From Auanema rhodensis (Eukaryota; Animalia; Nematoda): a stretch of 64,000 bases of DNA. The number at the start of each line of letters is the position of its first letter. Within the stretch, counting starts at the first letter, position 1. Below, piece after piece: positions 39,501 through 52,614 of the stretch. A model generated the notes under the pieces. It was not told the origin of the DNA, made no database searches, and worked only from the letters and a program-made list of their open reading frames with translations. Both the position numbers and the translations under genes were made by a program. Location: NCBI GenBank assembly GCA_964057225.1, contig OZ059895.1, forward strand, positions 19,902,001-19,966,000, in the 5' to 3' direction.

Positions 39501-42500
39501 TGGAAGCAATGTTGAGTGTACATGGAAACTCAACATACACTAATGCATCATTTTTCAAACGATCATAACTAATTTTTGTATTTAGCTTTTCTCAATGTAG
39601 TGTAGTGCATTCGATGCGGATTTTTGAGCTGCGTCGATCTGTGTTATCAGATTTGCGCTAGCTTGAAAATGCACCGAGATATCAACTGATATAAGTTCAC
39701 ACTTACATCCTCGATTTTCACCCTGAAGAATTAATTTTTTCGTTGAATAACATTGTCCATCGTCTTTGCCTTGAAAGAAAGAATCTGAAAACATCTACTT
39801 TTTGCTAATATATTTTGAAATTTTTGAAAAAATTTTCGTCAAAATGTTTTTGGAAGCAATGTTGAGTGTACATGGAAACTCAACATACACTAATGCATCA
39901 TTTTTCAAACGATCATAACTAATTTTTGTATTGAGCGTTTCTCAATGTAGTACAGTGCATTCGATGCGGATTTTTAAGCTGCGTCGATCTGTGTTATCAG
40001 ATTTGCGCTAGCTTAAAAATGCACCGAGATATCAACTGATATAAGTTAACACTTATATCCTCGATTTTCACCCTGAAGAATTAATTTTTTTGTTGAATAA
40101 CATTGTCCATCGTCTTTGCCTTGAAAGAAAGAATCTGAAAACATCTACTTTTTGCTAAATTATTTTGAAATTTTTCGAAAAAATTTTTGTCAAAATGTTT
40201 TTGGAAGCAATGTTGAGTGTACATGGAAACTCAACATACACTAATGCATCATTTTTCAAACGATCATAACTAATTTTTGTATTGAGCGTTTCTCAATGTA
40301 GTATAGTGCATTCGATGCGGATTTTTAAGCTGCGTCGATCTGTGTTATCAGATTTGCGCTAGCTTAAAAATGCACCGAGATATCAACTGATATATGTTCA
40401 CACTTAGATCCTCGATTTTCACCCTGAAGAATTAATTTTTTCGTTGAATAACAATGTCCATCGTCTTTGCCTTGAAAGAAAGAATCAGAAAACATCTACT
40501 TTTTGCTAAATTATTTTGAAATTTTTCGAAAAAATTTTTGTCAAAATGTTTTTGGAAGCAATGTTGAGTGTACATGGAAACTCAACATACACTAATGCAT
40601 CATTTTGCAAACGATCATAACTAATTTCTGTATTGAGCGTTTCTCAATGTAGTATAGTGCATTCGATGCGGATTTTTAAGCTGCGTCGATCTGTGTTATC
40701 AGATTTGCGCTAGCTTAAAAATGCACCGAGATATCAACTGATATAAGTTCACACTTATATCCTCGATTTTCACCCTGAAGAATTAATTTTTTCGTTGAAT
40801 AACATTGTCCATCGTTTTTGCCTTGAAAAAAGGAATCTAAAAACATCTACTTTTTGCAAAATTATTTTGAAATTTTTCGAAAAAATTTTTGTCAAAATGT
40901 TTTTGGAAGCAATGTTGAGTGTACATGGAAACTCAACATACACTAATGCATCATTTTTCAAACGATCATAACTAATTTTTGTATTAAGCTTTTCTCAATG
41001 TAGTGTAGTGCATTCGATGCGGATTTTTGAGCTGCGTCGATCTGTGTTATCAGATTTGCGCTAGCTTGAAAATGCACCGAGATATCAACTGATATAAGTT
41101 CACACTTACATCCTCGATTTTCACCCTGAAGAATTAATTTTTTCGTTGAATAACATTGTCCATCGTCTTTGCCTTGAAAGAAAGAATCTGAAAACATCTA
41201 CTTTTTGCTAATATATTTTGAAATTTTTGAAAAAATTTTCGTCAAAATGTTTTTGGAAGCAATGTTGAGTGTACATGGAAACTCAACATACACTAATGCA
41301 TCATTTTTCAAACGATCATAACTAATTTTTGTATTAAGCTTTTCTCAATGTAGTGTAGTGCATTCGATGCGGATTTTTAAGCTGCGTCGATCTGTGTTAT
41401 CAGATTTGCGCTAGCTTAAAAATGCACCGAGATATCAACTGATATAAGTTAACACTTATATCCTCGATTTTCACCCTGAAGAATTAATTTTTTCGTTGAA
41501 TAACAATGTCCATCGTCTTTGCCTTGAAAGAAAGAATCTGAAAACATCTACTTTTTGCTAAATTATTTTGAAATTTTTCGAAAAAATTTTTGTCAAAATG
41601 TTTTTGGAAGCAATGTTGAGTGTACATGGAAACTCAACATACACTAATGCATCATTTTGCAAACGATCATAACTAATTTCTGTATTGAGCGTTTCTCAAT
41701 GTAGTATAGTGCAATCGATGCGGATTTTTAAGCTGCGTCGATCTGTGTTATCAGATTTGCGCTAGCTTAAAAATGCACCGAGATATCAACTGATATAAGT
41801 TCACACTTATATCCTCGATTTTCACCCTGAAGAATTAATTTTTTCGTTGAATAACATTGTCCATCGTTTTTGCCTCAAAAAAAGGAATCTAAAAACATCT
41901 ACTTTTTGCAAAATTATTTTGAAATTTTTCGAAAAAATTTTTGTCAAAATGTTTTTGGAAGCAATGTTGAGTGTACATGGAAACTCAACATACACTAATG
42001 CATCATTTTTCAAACGATCATAACTAATTTTTGTATTGAGCGTTTCTCAATGTAGTATAGTGCATTCGATGCGGATTTTTAAGCTGCGTCGATCTGTGTT
42101 ATCAGATTTGCGCTAGCTTAAAAATGCACCGAGATATCAACTGATATAAGTTAACACTTATATCCTCGATTTTCACCCTGAAGAATTAATTTTTTCGTTG
42201 AATAACATTGTCCATCGTTTTTGCCTCAAAAAAAGGAATCTAAAAACATCTACTTTTTGCAAAATTATTTTGAAATTTTTCGAAAAAATTTTTGTCAAAA
42301 TGTTTTTGGAAGCAATGTTGAGTGTACATGGAAACTCAACATACACTAATGCATCATTTTTCAAACGATCATAACTAATTTTTGTATTAAGCTTTTCTCA
42401 ATGTAGTGTAGTGCATTCGATGCGGATTTTTGAGCTGCGTCGATCTGTGTTATCAGATTTGCGCTAGCTTGAAAATGCACCGAGATATCAACTGATATAA

Positions 42501-45500
42501 GTTCACACTTACATCCTCGATTTTCACCCTGAAGAATTAATTTTTTCGTTGAATAACATTGTCCATCGTCTTTGCCTTGAAAGAAAGAATCTGAAAACAT
42601 CTACTTTTTGCTAAATTATTTTGAAATTTTTCGAAAAAATTTTTGTCAAAATGTTTTTGGAAGCAATGTTGAGTGTACATGGAAACTCAACATACACTAA
42701 TGCATCATTTTTCAAACGATCATAACTAATTTCTGTATTGAGCGTTTCTCAATGTAGTATAGTGCATTCGATGCGGATTTTTAAGCTGCGTCGATCTGTG
42801 TTATCAGATTTGCGCTAGCTTAAAAATGCACCGAGATATCAACTGATATAAGTTCACACTTATATCCTCGATTTTCACCCTGAAGAATTAATTTTTTCGT
42901 TGAATAACATTGTTCATCGTTTTTGCCTTGAAAAAAGGAATCTAAAAACATCTACTTTTTGCAAAATTATATTGAAATTTTTCGAAAAAATTTTTGTGAA
43001 AATGTTTTTGGAAGCAATGTTGAGTGTACATGGAAACTCAACATACACTAATGCATCATTTTTCAAACGATCATAACTAATTTTTGTATTAAGCTTTTCT
43101 CAATGTAGTATAGTGCATTCGATGCGGATTTTTAAGCTGCGTCGATCTGTGTTATCAGATTTGCGCTAGCTTGAAAATGCACCGAGATATCAACTGATAT
43201 AAGTTCACACTTACATCCTCGATTTTCACCCTGAAGAATTAATTTTTTCGTTGAATAACATTGTCCATCGTCTTTGCCTTGAAAGAAAGAATCTGAAAAC
43301 ATCTACTTTTTGCTAATATATTTTGAAATTTTTGAAAAAACTTTTGTCAAAATGTTTTTGGAAGCAATGTTGAGTGTACATGGAAACTCAACATACACTA
43401 ATGCATCATTTTTCAAACGATCATAACTAATTTTTGTATTGAGCGTTTCTCAATGTAGTATAGTGCATTCGATGCGGATTTTTAAGCTGCGTCGATCTGT
43501 GTTATCAGATTTGCGCTAGCTTAAAAATGCACCGAGATATCAACTGATATAAGTTAACACTTATATCCTCGATTTTCACCCTGAAGAATTAATTTTTTTG
43601 TTGAATAACATTGTCCATCGTCTTTGCCTTGAAAGAAAGAATCTGAAAACATCTACTTTTTGCTAAATTATTTTGAAATTTTTCGAAAAAATTTTTGTCA
43701 AAATGTTTTTGGAAGCAATGTTGAGTGTACATGGAAACTCAACATACACTAATGCATCATTTTTCAAACGATCATAACTAATTTTTGTATTGAGCGTTTC
43801 TCAATGTAGTATAGTGCATTCGATGCGGATTTTTAAGCTGCGTCGATCTGTGTTATCAGATTTGCGCTAGCTTAAAAATGCACCGAGATATCAACTGATA
43901 TATGTTCACACTTAGATCCTCGATTTTCACCCTGAAGAATTAATTTTTTCGTTGAATAACAATGTCCATCGTCTTTGCCTTGAAAGAAAGAATCTGAAAA
44001 CGTCTACTTTTTGCTAAATTATTTTGAAATTTTTCGAAAAAATTTTTGTCAAAATGTTTTTGGAAGCAATGTTGAGTGTACATGGAAACTCAACATACAC
44101 TAATGCATCATTTTGCAAACGATCATAACTAATTTCTGTATTGAGCGTTTCTCAATGTAGTATAGTGCAATCGATGCGGATTTTTAAGCTGCGTCGATCT
44201 GTGTTATCAGATTTGCGCTAGCTTAAAAATGCACCGAGATATCAACTGATATAAGTTCACACTTATATCCTCGATTTTCACCCTGAAGAATTAATTTTTT
44301 CGTTGAATAACATTGTCCATCGTTTTTGCCTTGAAAAAAGGAATCTAAAAACATCTACTTTTTGCAAAATTATTTTGAAATTTTTCGAAAAAATTTTTGT
44401 CAAAATGTTTTTGGAAGCAATGTTGAGTGTACATGGAAACTCAACATACACTAATGCATCATTTTTCAAACGATCATAACTAATTTTTGTATTTAGCTTT
44501 TCTCAATGTAGTGTAGTGCATTCGATGCGGATTTTTGAGCTGCGTCGATCTGTGTTATCAGATTTGCGCTAGCTTGAAAATGCACCGAGATATCAACTGA
44601 TATAAGTTCACACTTACATCCTCGATTTTCACCCTGAAGAATTAATTTTTTCGTTGAATAACATTGTCCATCGTCTTTGCCTTGAAAGAAAGAATCTGAA
44701 AACATCTACTTTTTGCTAATATATTTTGAAATTTTTGAAAAAATTTTCGTCAAAATGTTTTTGGAAGCAATGTTGAGTGTACATGGAAACTCAACATACA
44801 CTAATGCATCATTTTTCAAACGATCATAACTAATTTTTGTATTGAGCGTTTCTCAATGTAGTACAGTGCATTCGATGCGGATTTTTAAGCTGCGTCGATC
44901 TGTGTTATCAGATTTGCGCTAGCTTAAAAATGCACCGAGATATCAACTGATATAAGTTAACACTTATATCCTCGATTTTCACCCTGAAGAATTAATTTTT
45001 TTGTTGAATAACATTGTCCATCGTCTTTGCCTTGAAAGAAAGAATCTGAAAACATCTACTTTTTGCTAAATTATTTTGAAATTTTTCGAAAAAATTTTTG
45101 TCAAAATGTTTTTGGAAGCAATGTTGAGTGTACATGGAAACTCAACATACACTAATGCATCATTTTTCAAACGATCATAACTAATTTTTGTATTGAGTGT
45201 TTCTCAATGTAGTATAGTGCATTCGATGCGGATTTTTAAGCTGCGTCGATCTGTGTTATCAGATTTGCGCTAGCTTAAAAATGCACCGAGATATCAACTG
45301 ATATATGTTCACACTTAGATCCTCGATTTTCACCCTGAAGAATTAATTTTTTCGTTGAATAACAATGTCCATCGTCTTTGCCTTGAAAGAAAGAATCAGA
45401 AAACATCTACTTTTTGCTAAATTATTTTGAAATTTTTCGAAAAAATTTTTGTCAAAATGTTTTTGGAAGCAATGTTGAGTGTACATGGAAACTCAACATA

Positions 45501-48500
45501 CACTAATGCATCATTTTGCAAACGATCATAACTAATTTCTGTATTGAGCGTTTCTCAATGTAGTATAGTGCATTCGATGCGGATTTTTAAGCTGCGTCGA
45601 TCTGTGTTATCAGATTTGCGCTAGCTTAAAAATGCACCGAGATATCAACTGATATAAGTTCACACTTATATCCTCGATTTTCACCCTGAAGAATTAATTT
45701 TTTCGTTGAATAACATTGTCCATCGTTTTTGCCTTGAAAAAAGGAATCTAAAAACATCTACTTTTTGCAAAATTATTTTGAAATTTTTCGAAAAAATTTT
45801 TGTCAAAATGTTTTTGGAAGCAATGTTGAGTGTACATGGAAACTCAACATACACTAATGCATCATTTTTCAAACGATCATAACTAATTTTTGTATTAAGC
45901 TTTTCTCAATGTAGTGTAGTGCATTCGATGCGGATTTTTGAGCTGCGTCGATCTGTGTTATCAGATTTGCGCTAGCTTGAAAATGCACCGAGATATCAAC
46001 TGATATAAGTTCACACTTACATCCTCGATTTTCACCCTGAAGAATTAATTTTTTCGTTGAATAACATTGTCCATCGTCTTTGCCTTGAAAGAAAGAATCT
46101 GAAAACATCTACTTTTTGCAAAATTATTTTGAAATTTTTCGAAAAAATTTTTGTGAAAATGTTTTTGGAAGCAATGTTGAGTGTACATGGAAACTCAACA
46201 TACACTAATGCATCATTTTTCAAACGATCATAACTAATTTTTGTATTTAGCTTTTCTCAATGTAGTGTAGTGCATTCGATGCGGATTTTTGAGCTGCGTC
46301 GATCTGTGTTATCAGATTTGCGCTAGCTTGAAAATGCACCGAGATATCAACTGATATAAGTTCACACTTACATCCTCGATTTTCACCCTGAAGAATTAAT
46401 TTTTTCGTTGAATAACATTGTCCATCGTCTTTGCCTTGAAAGAAAGAATCTGAAAACATCTACTTTTTGCTAATATATTTTGAAATTTTTGAAAAAATTT
46501 TCGTCAAAATGTTTTTGGAAGCAATGTTGAGTGTACATGGAAACTCAACATACACTAATGCATCATTTTTCAAACGATCATAACTAATTTTTGTATTGAG
46601 CGTTTCTCAATGTAGTACAGTGCATTCGATGCGGATTTTTAAGCTGCGTCGATCTGTGTTATCAGATTTGCGCTAGCTTAAAAATGCACCGAGATATCAA
46701 CTGATATAAGTTAACACTTATATCCTCGATTTTCACCCTGAAGAATTAATTTTTTTGTTGAATAACATTGTCCATCGTCTTTGCCTTGAAAGAAAGAATC
46801 TGAAAACATCTACTTTTTGCTAAATTATTTTGAAATTTTTCGAAAAAATTTTTGTCAAAATGTTTTTGGAAGCAATGTTGAGTGTACATGGAAACTCAAC
46901 ATACACTAATGCATCATTTTTCAAACGATCATAACTAATTTTTGTATTGAGCGTTTCTCAATGTAGTATAGTGCATTCGATGCGGATTTTTAAGCTGCGT
47001 CGATCTGTGTTATCAGATTTGCGCTAGCTTAAAAATGCACCGAGATATCAACTGATATATGTTCACACTTAGATCCTCGATTTTCACCCTGAAGAATTAA
47101 TTTTTTCGTTGAATAACAATGTCCATCGTCTTTGCCTTGAAAGAAAGAATCAGAAAACATCTACTTTTTGCTAAATTATTTTGAAATTTTTCGAAAAAAT
47201 TTTTGTCAAAATGTTTTTGGAAGCAATGTTGAGTGTACATGGAAACTCAACATACACTAATGCATCATTTTGCAAACGATCATAACTAATTTCTGTATTG
47301 AGCGTTTCTCAATGTAGTATAGTGCATTCGATGCGGATTTTTAAGCTGCGTCGATCTGTGTTATCAGATTTGCGCTAGCTTAAAAATGCACCGAGATATC
47401 AACTGATATAAGTTCACACTTATATCCTCGATTTTCACCCTGAAGAATTAATTTTTTCGTTGAATAACATTGTCCATCGTTTTTGCCTTGAAAAAAGGAA
47501 TCTAAAAACATCTACTTTTTGCAAAATTATTTTGAAATTTTTCGAAAAAATTTTTGTCAAAATGTTTTTGGAAGCAATGTTGAGTGTACATGGAAACTCA
47601 ACATACACTAATGCATCATTTTTCAAACGATCATAACTAATTTTTGTATTAAGCTTTTCTCAATGTAGTGTAGTGCATTCGATGCGGATTTTTGAGCTGC
47701 GTCGATCTGTGTTATCAGATTTGCGCTAGCTTGAAAATGCACCGAGATATCAACTGATATAAGTTCACACTTACATCCTCGATTTTCACCCTGAAGAATT
47801 AATTTTTTCGTTGAATAACATTGTCCATCGTCTTTGCCTTGAAAGAAAGAATCTGAAAACATCTACTTTTTGCTAATATATTTTGAAATTTTTGAAAAAA
47901 TTTTCGTCAAAATGTTTTTGGAAGCAATGTTGAGTGTACATGGAAACTCAACATACACTAATGCATCATTTTTCAAACGATCATAACTAATTTTTGTATT
48001 AAGCTTTTCTCAATGTAGTGTAGTGCATTCGATGCGGATTTTTAAGCTGCGTCGATCTGTGTTATCAGATTTGCGCTAGCTTAAAAATGCACCGAGATAT
48101 CAACTGATATAAGTTAACACTTATATCCTCGATTTTCACCCTGAAGAATTAATTTTTTCGTTGAATAACAATGTCCATCGTCTTTGCCTTGAAAGAAAGA
48201 ATCTGAAAACATCTACTTTTTGCTAAATTATTTTGAAATTTTTCGAAAAAATTTTTGTCAAAATGTTTTTGGAAGCAATGTTGAGTGTACATGGAAACTC
48301 AACATACACTAATGCATCATTTTGCAAACGATCATAACTAATTTCTGTATTGAGCGTTTCTCAATGTAGTATAGTGCAATCGATGCGGATTTTTAAGCTG
48401 CGTCGATCTGTGTTATCAGATTTGCGCTAGCTTAAAAATGCACCGAGATATCAACTGATATAAGTTCACACTTATATCCTCGATTTTCACCCTGAAGAAT

Positions 48501-51500
48501 TAATTTTTTCGTTGAATAACATTGTCCATCGTTTTTGCCTCAAAAAAAGGAATCTAAAAACATCTACTTTTTGCAAAATTATTTTGAAATTTTTCGAAAA
48601 AATTTTTGTCAAAATGTTTTTGGAAGCAATGTTGAGTGTACATGGAAACTCAACATACACTAATGCATCATTTTTCAAACGATCATAACTAATTTTTGTA
48701 TTAAGCTTTTCTCAATGTAGTGTAGTGCATTCGATGCGGATTTTTGAGCTGCGTCGATCTGTGTTATCAGATTTGCGCTAGCTTGAAAATGCACCGAGAT
48801 ATCAACTGATATAAGTTCACACTTACATCCTCGATTTTCACCCTGAAGAATTAATTTTTTCGTTGAATAACATTGTCCATCGTCTTTGCCTTGAAAGAAA
48901 GAATCTGAAAACATCTACTTTTTGCTAATATATTTTGAAATTTTTGAAAAAATTTTCGTCAAAATGTTTTTGGAAGCAATGTTGAGTGTACATGGAAACT
49001 CAACATACACTAATGCATCATTTTTCAAACGATCATAACTAATTTTTGTATTGAGCGTTTCTCAATGTAGTATAGTGCATTCGATGCGGATTTTTAAGCT
49101 GCGTCGATCTGTGTTATCAGATTTGCGCTAGCTTAAAAATGCACCGAGATATCAACTGATATAAGTTAACACTTATATCCTCGATTTTCACCCTGAAGAA
49201 TTAATTTTTTCGTTGAATAACATTGTCCATCGTTTTTGCCTCAAAAAAAGGAATCTAAAAACATCTACTTTTTGCAAAATTATTTTGAAATTTTTCGAAA
49301 AAATTTTTGTCAAAATGTTTTTGGAAGCAATGTTGAGTGTACATGGAAACTCAACATACACTAATGCATCATTTTTCAAACGATCATAACTAATTTTTGT
49401 ATTAAGCTTTTCTCAATGTAGTGTAGTGCATTCGATGCGGATTTTTGAGCTGCGTCGATCTGTGTTATCAGATTTGCGCTAGCTTGAAAATGCACCGAGA
49501 TATCAACTGATATAAGTTCACACTTACATCCTCGATTTTCACCCTGAAGAATTAATTTTTTCGTTGAATAACATTGTCCATCGTCTTTGCCTTGAAAGAA
49601 AGAATCTGAAAACATCTACTTTTTGCTAATATATTTTGAAATTTTTGAAAAAATTTTCGTCAAAATGTTTTTGGAAGCAATGTTGAGTGTACATGGAAAC
49701 TCAACATACACTAATGCATCATTTTTCAAACGATCATAACTAATTTTTGTATTGAGCGTTTCTCAATGTAGTATAGTGCATTCGATGCGGATTTTTAAGC
49801 TGCGTCGATCTGTGTTATCAGATTTGCGCTAGCTTAAAAATGCACCGAGATATCAACTGATATAAGTTAACACTTATATCCTCGATTTTCACCCTGAAGA
49901 ATTAATTTTTTCGTTGAATAACATTGTTCATCGTTTTTGCCTTGAAAAAAGGAATCTAAAAACATCTACTTTTTGCAAAATTATTTTGAAATTTTTCGAA
50001 AAAATTTTTGTCAAAATGTTTTTGGAAGCAATGTTGAGTGTACATGGAAACTCAACATACACTAATGCATCATTTTGCAAACGATCATAACTAATTTCTG
50101 TATTGAGCGTTTCTCAATGTAGTATAGTGCAATCGATGCGGATTTTTAAGCTGCGTCGATCTGTGTTATCAGATTTGCGCTAGCTTAAAAATGCACCGAG
50201 ATATCAACTGATATAAGTTCACACTTATATCCTCGATTTTCACCCTGAAGAATTAATTTTTTCGTTGAATAACATTGTCCATCGTTTTTGCCTTGAAAAA
50301 AGGAATCTAAAAACATCTACTTTTTGCAAAATTATTTTGAAATTTTTCGAAAAAATTTTTGTCAAAATGTTTTTGGAAGCAATGTTGAGTGTACATGGAA
50401 ACTCAACATACACTAATGCATCATTTTTCAAACGATCATAACTAATTTTTGTATTAAGCTTTTCTCAATGTAGTGTAGTGCATTCGATGCGGATTTTTGA
50501 GCTGCGTCGATCTGTGTTATCAGATTTGCGCTAGCTTGAAAATGCACCGAGATATCAACTGATATAAGTTCACACTTACATCCTCGATTTTCACCCTGAA
50601 GAATTAATTTTTTCGTTGAATAACATTGTCCATCGTCTTTGCCTTGAAAGAAAGAATCTGAAAACATCTACTTTTTGCTAATATATTTTGAAATTTTTGA
50701 AAAAATTTTCGTCAAAATGTTTTTGGAAGCAATGTTGAGTGTACATGGAAACTCAACATACACTAATGCATCATTTTTCAAACGATCATAACTAATTTTT
50801 GTATTGAGCGTTTCTCAATGTAGTATAGTGCAATCGATGCGGATTTTTAAGCTGCGTCGATCTGTGTTATCAGATTTGCGCTAGCTTAAAAATGCACCGA
50901 GATATCAACTGATATAAGTTCACACTTATATCCTCGATTTTCACCCTGAAGAATTAATTTTTTCGTTGAATAACAATGTCCATCGTCTTTGCCTTGAAAG
51001 AAAGAATCTGAAAACATCTACTTTTTGCTAAATTATTTTGAAATTTTTCGAAAAAATTTTTGTCAAAATGTTTTTGGAAGCAATGTTGAGTGTACATGGA
51101 AACTCAACATACACTAATGCATCATTTTGCAAACGATCATAACTAATTTCTGTATTGAGCGTTTCTCAATGTAGTATAGTGCAATCGATGCGGATTTTTA
51201 AGCTGCGTCGATCTGTGTTATCAGATTTGCGCTAGCTTAAAAATGCACCGAGATATCAACTGATATAAGTTCACACTTATATCCTCGATTTTCACCCTGA
51301 AGAATTAATTTTTTCGTTGAATAACATTGTCCATCGTTTTTGCCTTGAAAAAAGGAATCTAAAAACATCTACTTTTTGCAAAATTATTTTGAAATTTTTC
51401 GAAAAAATTTTTGTCAAAATGTTTTTGGAAGCAATGTTGAGTGTACATGGAAACTCAACATACACTAATGCATCATTTTTCAAACGATCATAACTAATTT

Positions 51501-52614
51501 TTGTATTAAGCTTTTCTCAATGTAGTATAGTGCAATCGATGCGGATTTTTAAGCTGCGTCGATCTGTGTTATCAGATTTGCGCTAGCTTAAAAATGCACC
51601 GAGATATCAACTGATATAAGTTCACACTTATATCCTCGATTTTCACCCTGAAGAATTAATTTTTTCGTTGAATAACAATGTCCATCGTCTTTGCCTTGAA
51701 AGAAAGAATCTGAAAACATCTACTTTTTGCTAAATTATTTTGAAATTTTTCGAAAAAATTTTTGTCAAAATGTTTTTGGAAGCAATGTTGAGTGTACATG
51801 GAAACTCAACATACACTAATGCATCATTTTGCAAACGATCATAACTAATTTCTGTATTGAGCGTTTCTCAATGTAGTATAGTGCAATCGATGCGGATTTT
51901 TAAGCTGCGTCGATCTGTGTTATCAGATTTGCGCTAGCTTAAAAATGCACCGAGATATCAACTGATATAAGTTCACACTTATATCCTCGATTTTCACCCT
52001 GAAGAATTAATTTTTTCGTTGAATAACATTGTCCATCGTTTTTGCCTTGAAAAAAGGAATCTAAAAACATCTACTTTTTGCAAAATTATTTTGAAATTTT
52101 TCGAAAAAATTTTTGTCAAAATGTTTTTGGAAGCAATGTTGAGTGTACATGGAAACTCAACATACACTAATGCATCATTTTTCAAACGATCATAACTAAT
52201 TTTTGTATTAAGCTTTTCTCAATGTAGTGTAGTGCATTCGATGCGGATTTTTGAGCTGCGTCGATCTGTGTTATCAGATTTGCGCTAGCTTGAAAATGCA
52301 CCGAGATATCAACTGATATAAGTTCACACTTACATCCTCGGTTTTCACCCTGAAGAATTAATTTTTTCGTTGAATAACATTGTCCATCGTCTTTGCCTTG
52401 AAAGAAAGAATCTGAAAACATCTACTTTTTGCTAATATATTTTGAAATTTTTGAAAAAATTTTCGTCAAAATGTTTTTGGAAGCAATGTTGAGTGTACAT
52501 GGAAACTCAACATACACTAATGCATCATTTTTCAAACGATCATAACTAATTTTTGTATTGAGCGTTTCTCAATGTAGTTTAATTCGTTGCGGATTTTTAA
52601 GCTGCGTCGATCTG
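18597..52614. repeat. Satellite layer B: variable higher-order repeat built on a 4-monomer (1403 bp) unit
   Basis: All monomers begin TGTTATCAGA. Four recurring types are present: B1 (GTTAACAC), B2 (TATGTT/TTAGAT/AACAAT), B3 (AAAAGGAATCTAA/GCAAAA/AAGCTTTT) and B4 (CTTGAAA/ATATATTTT, 350 bp). ORF-track spacing 32352>33755>35158 is 1403. Confidence 0.9.
35900..49620. repeat. Tandem 19/20-monomer duplication (period 6665 bp)
   Basis: Rare alleles are paired at exactly 6665: ATTATATTGA 36306/42971, chimeric monomers 39291/45956, GCCTCAAAA 41876/48541. ORFs 37613/44278 and 39367/46032 show the same offset. Boundaries are approximate. Confidence 0.9.
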
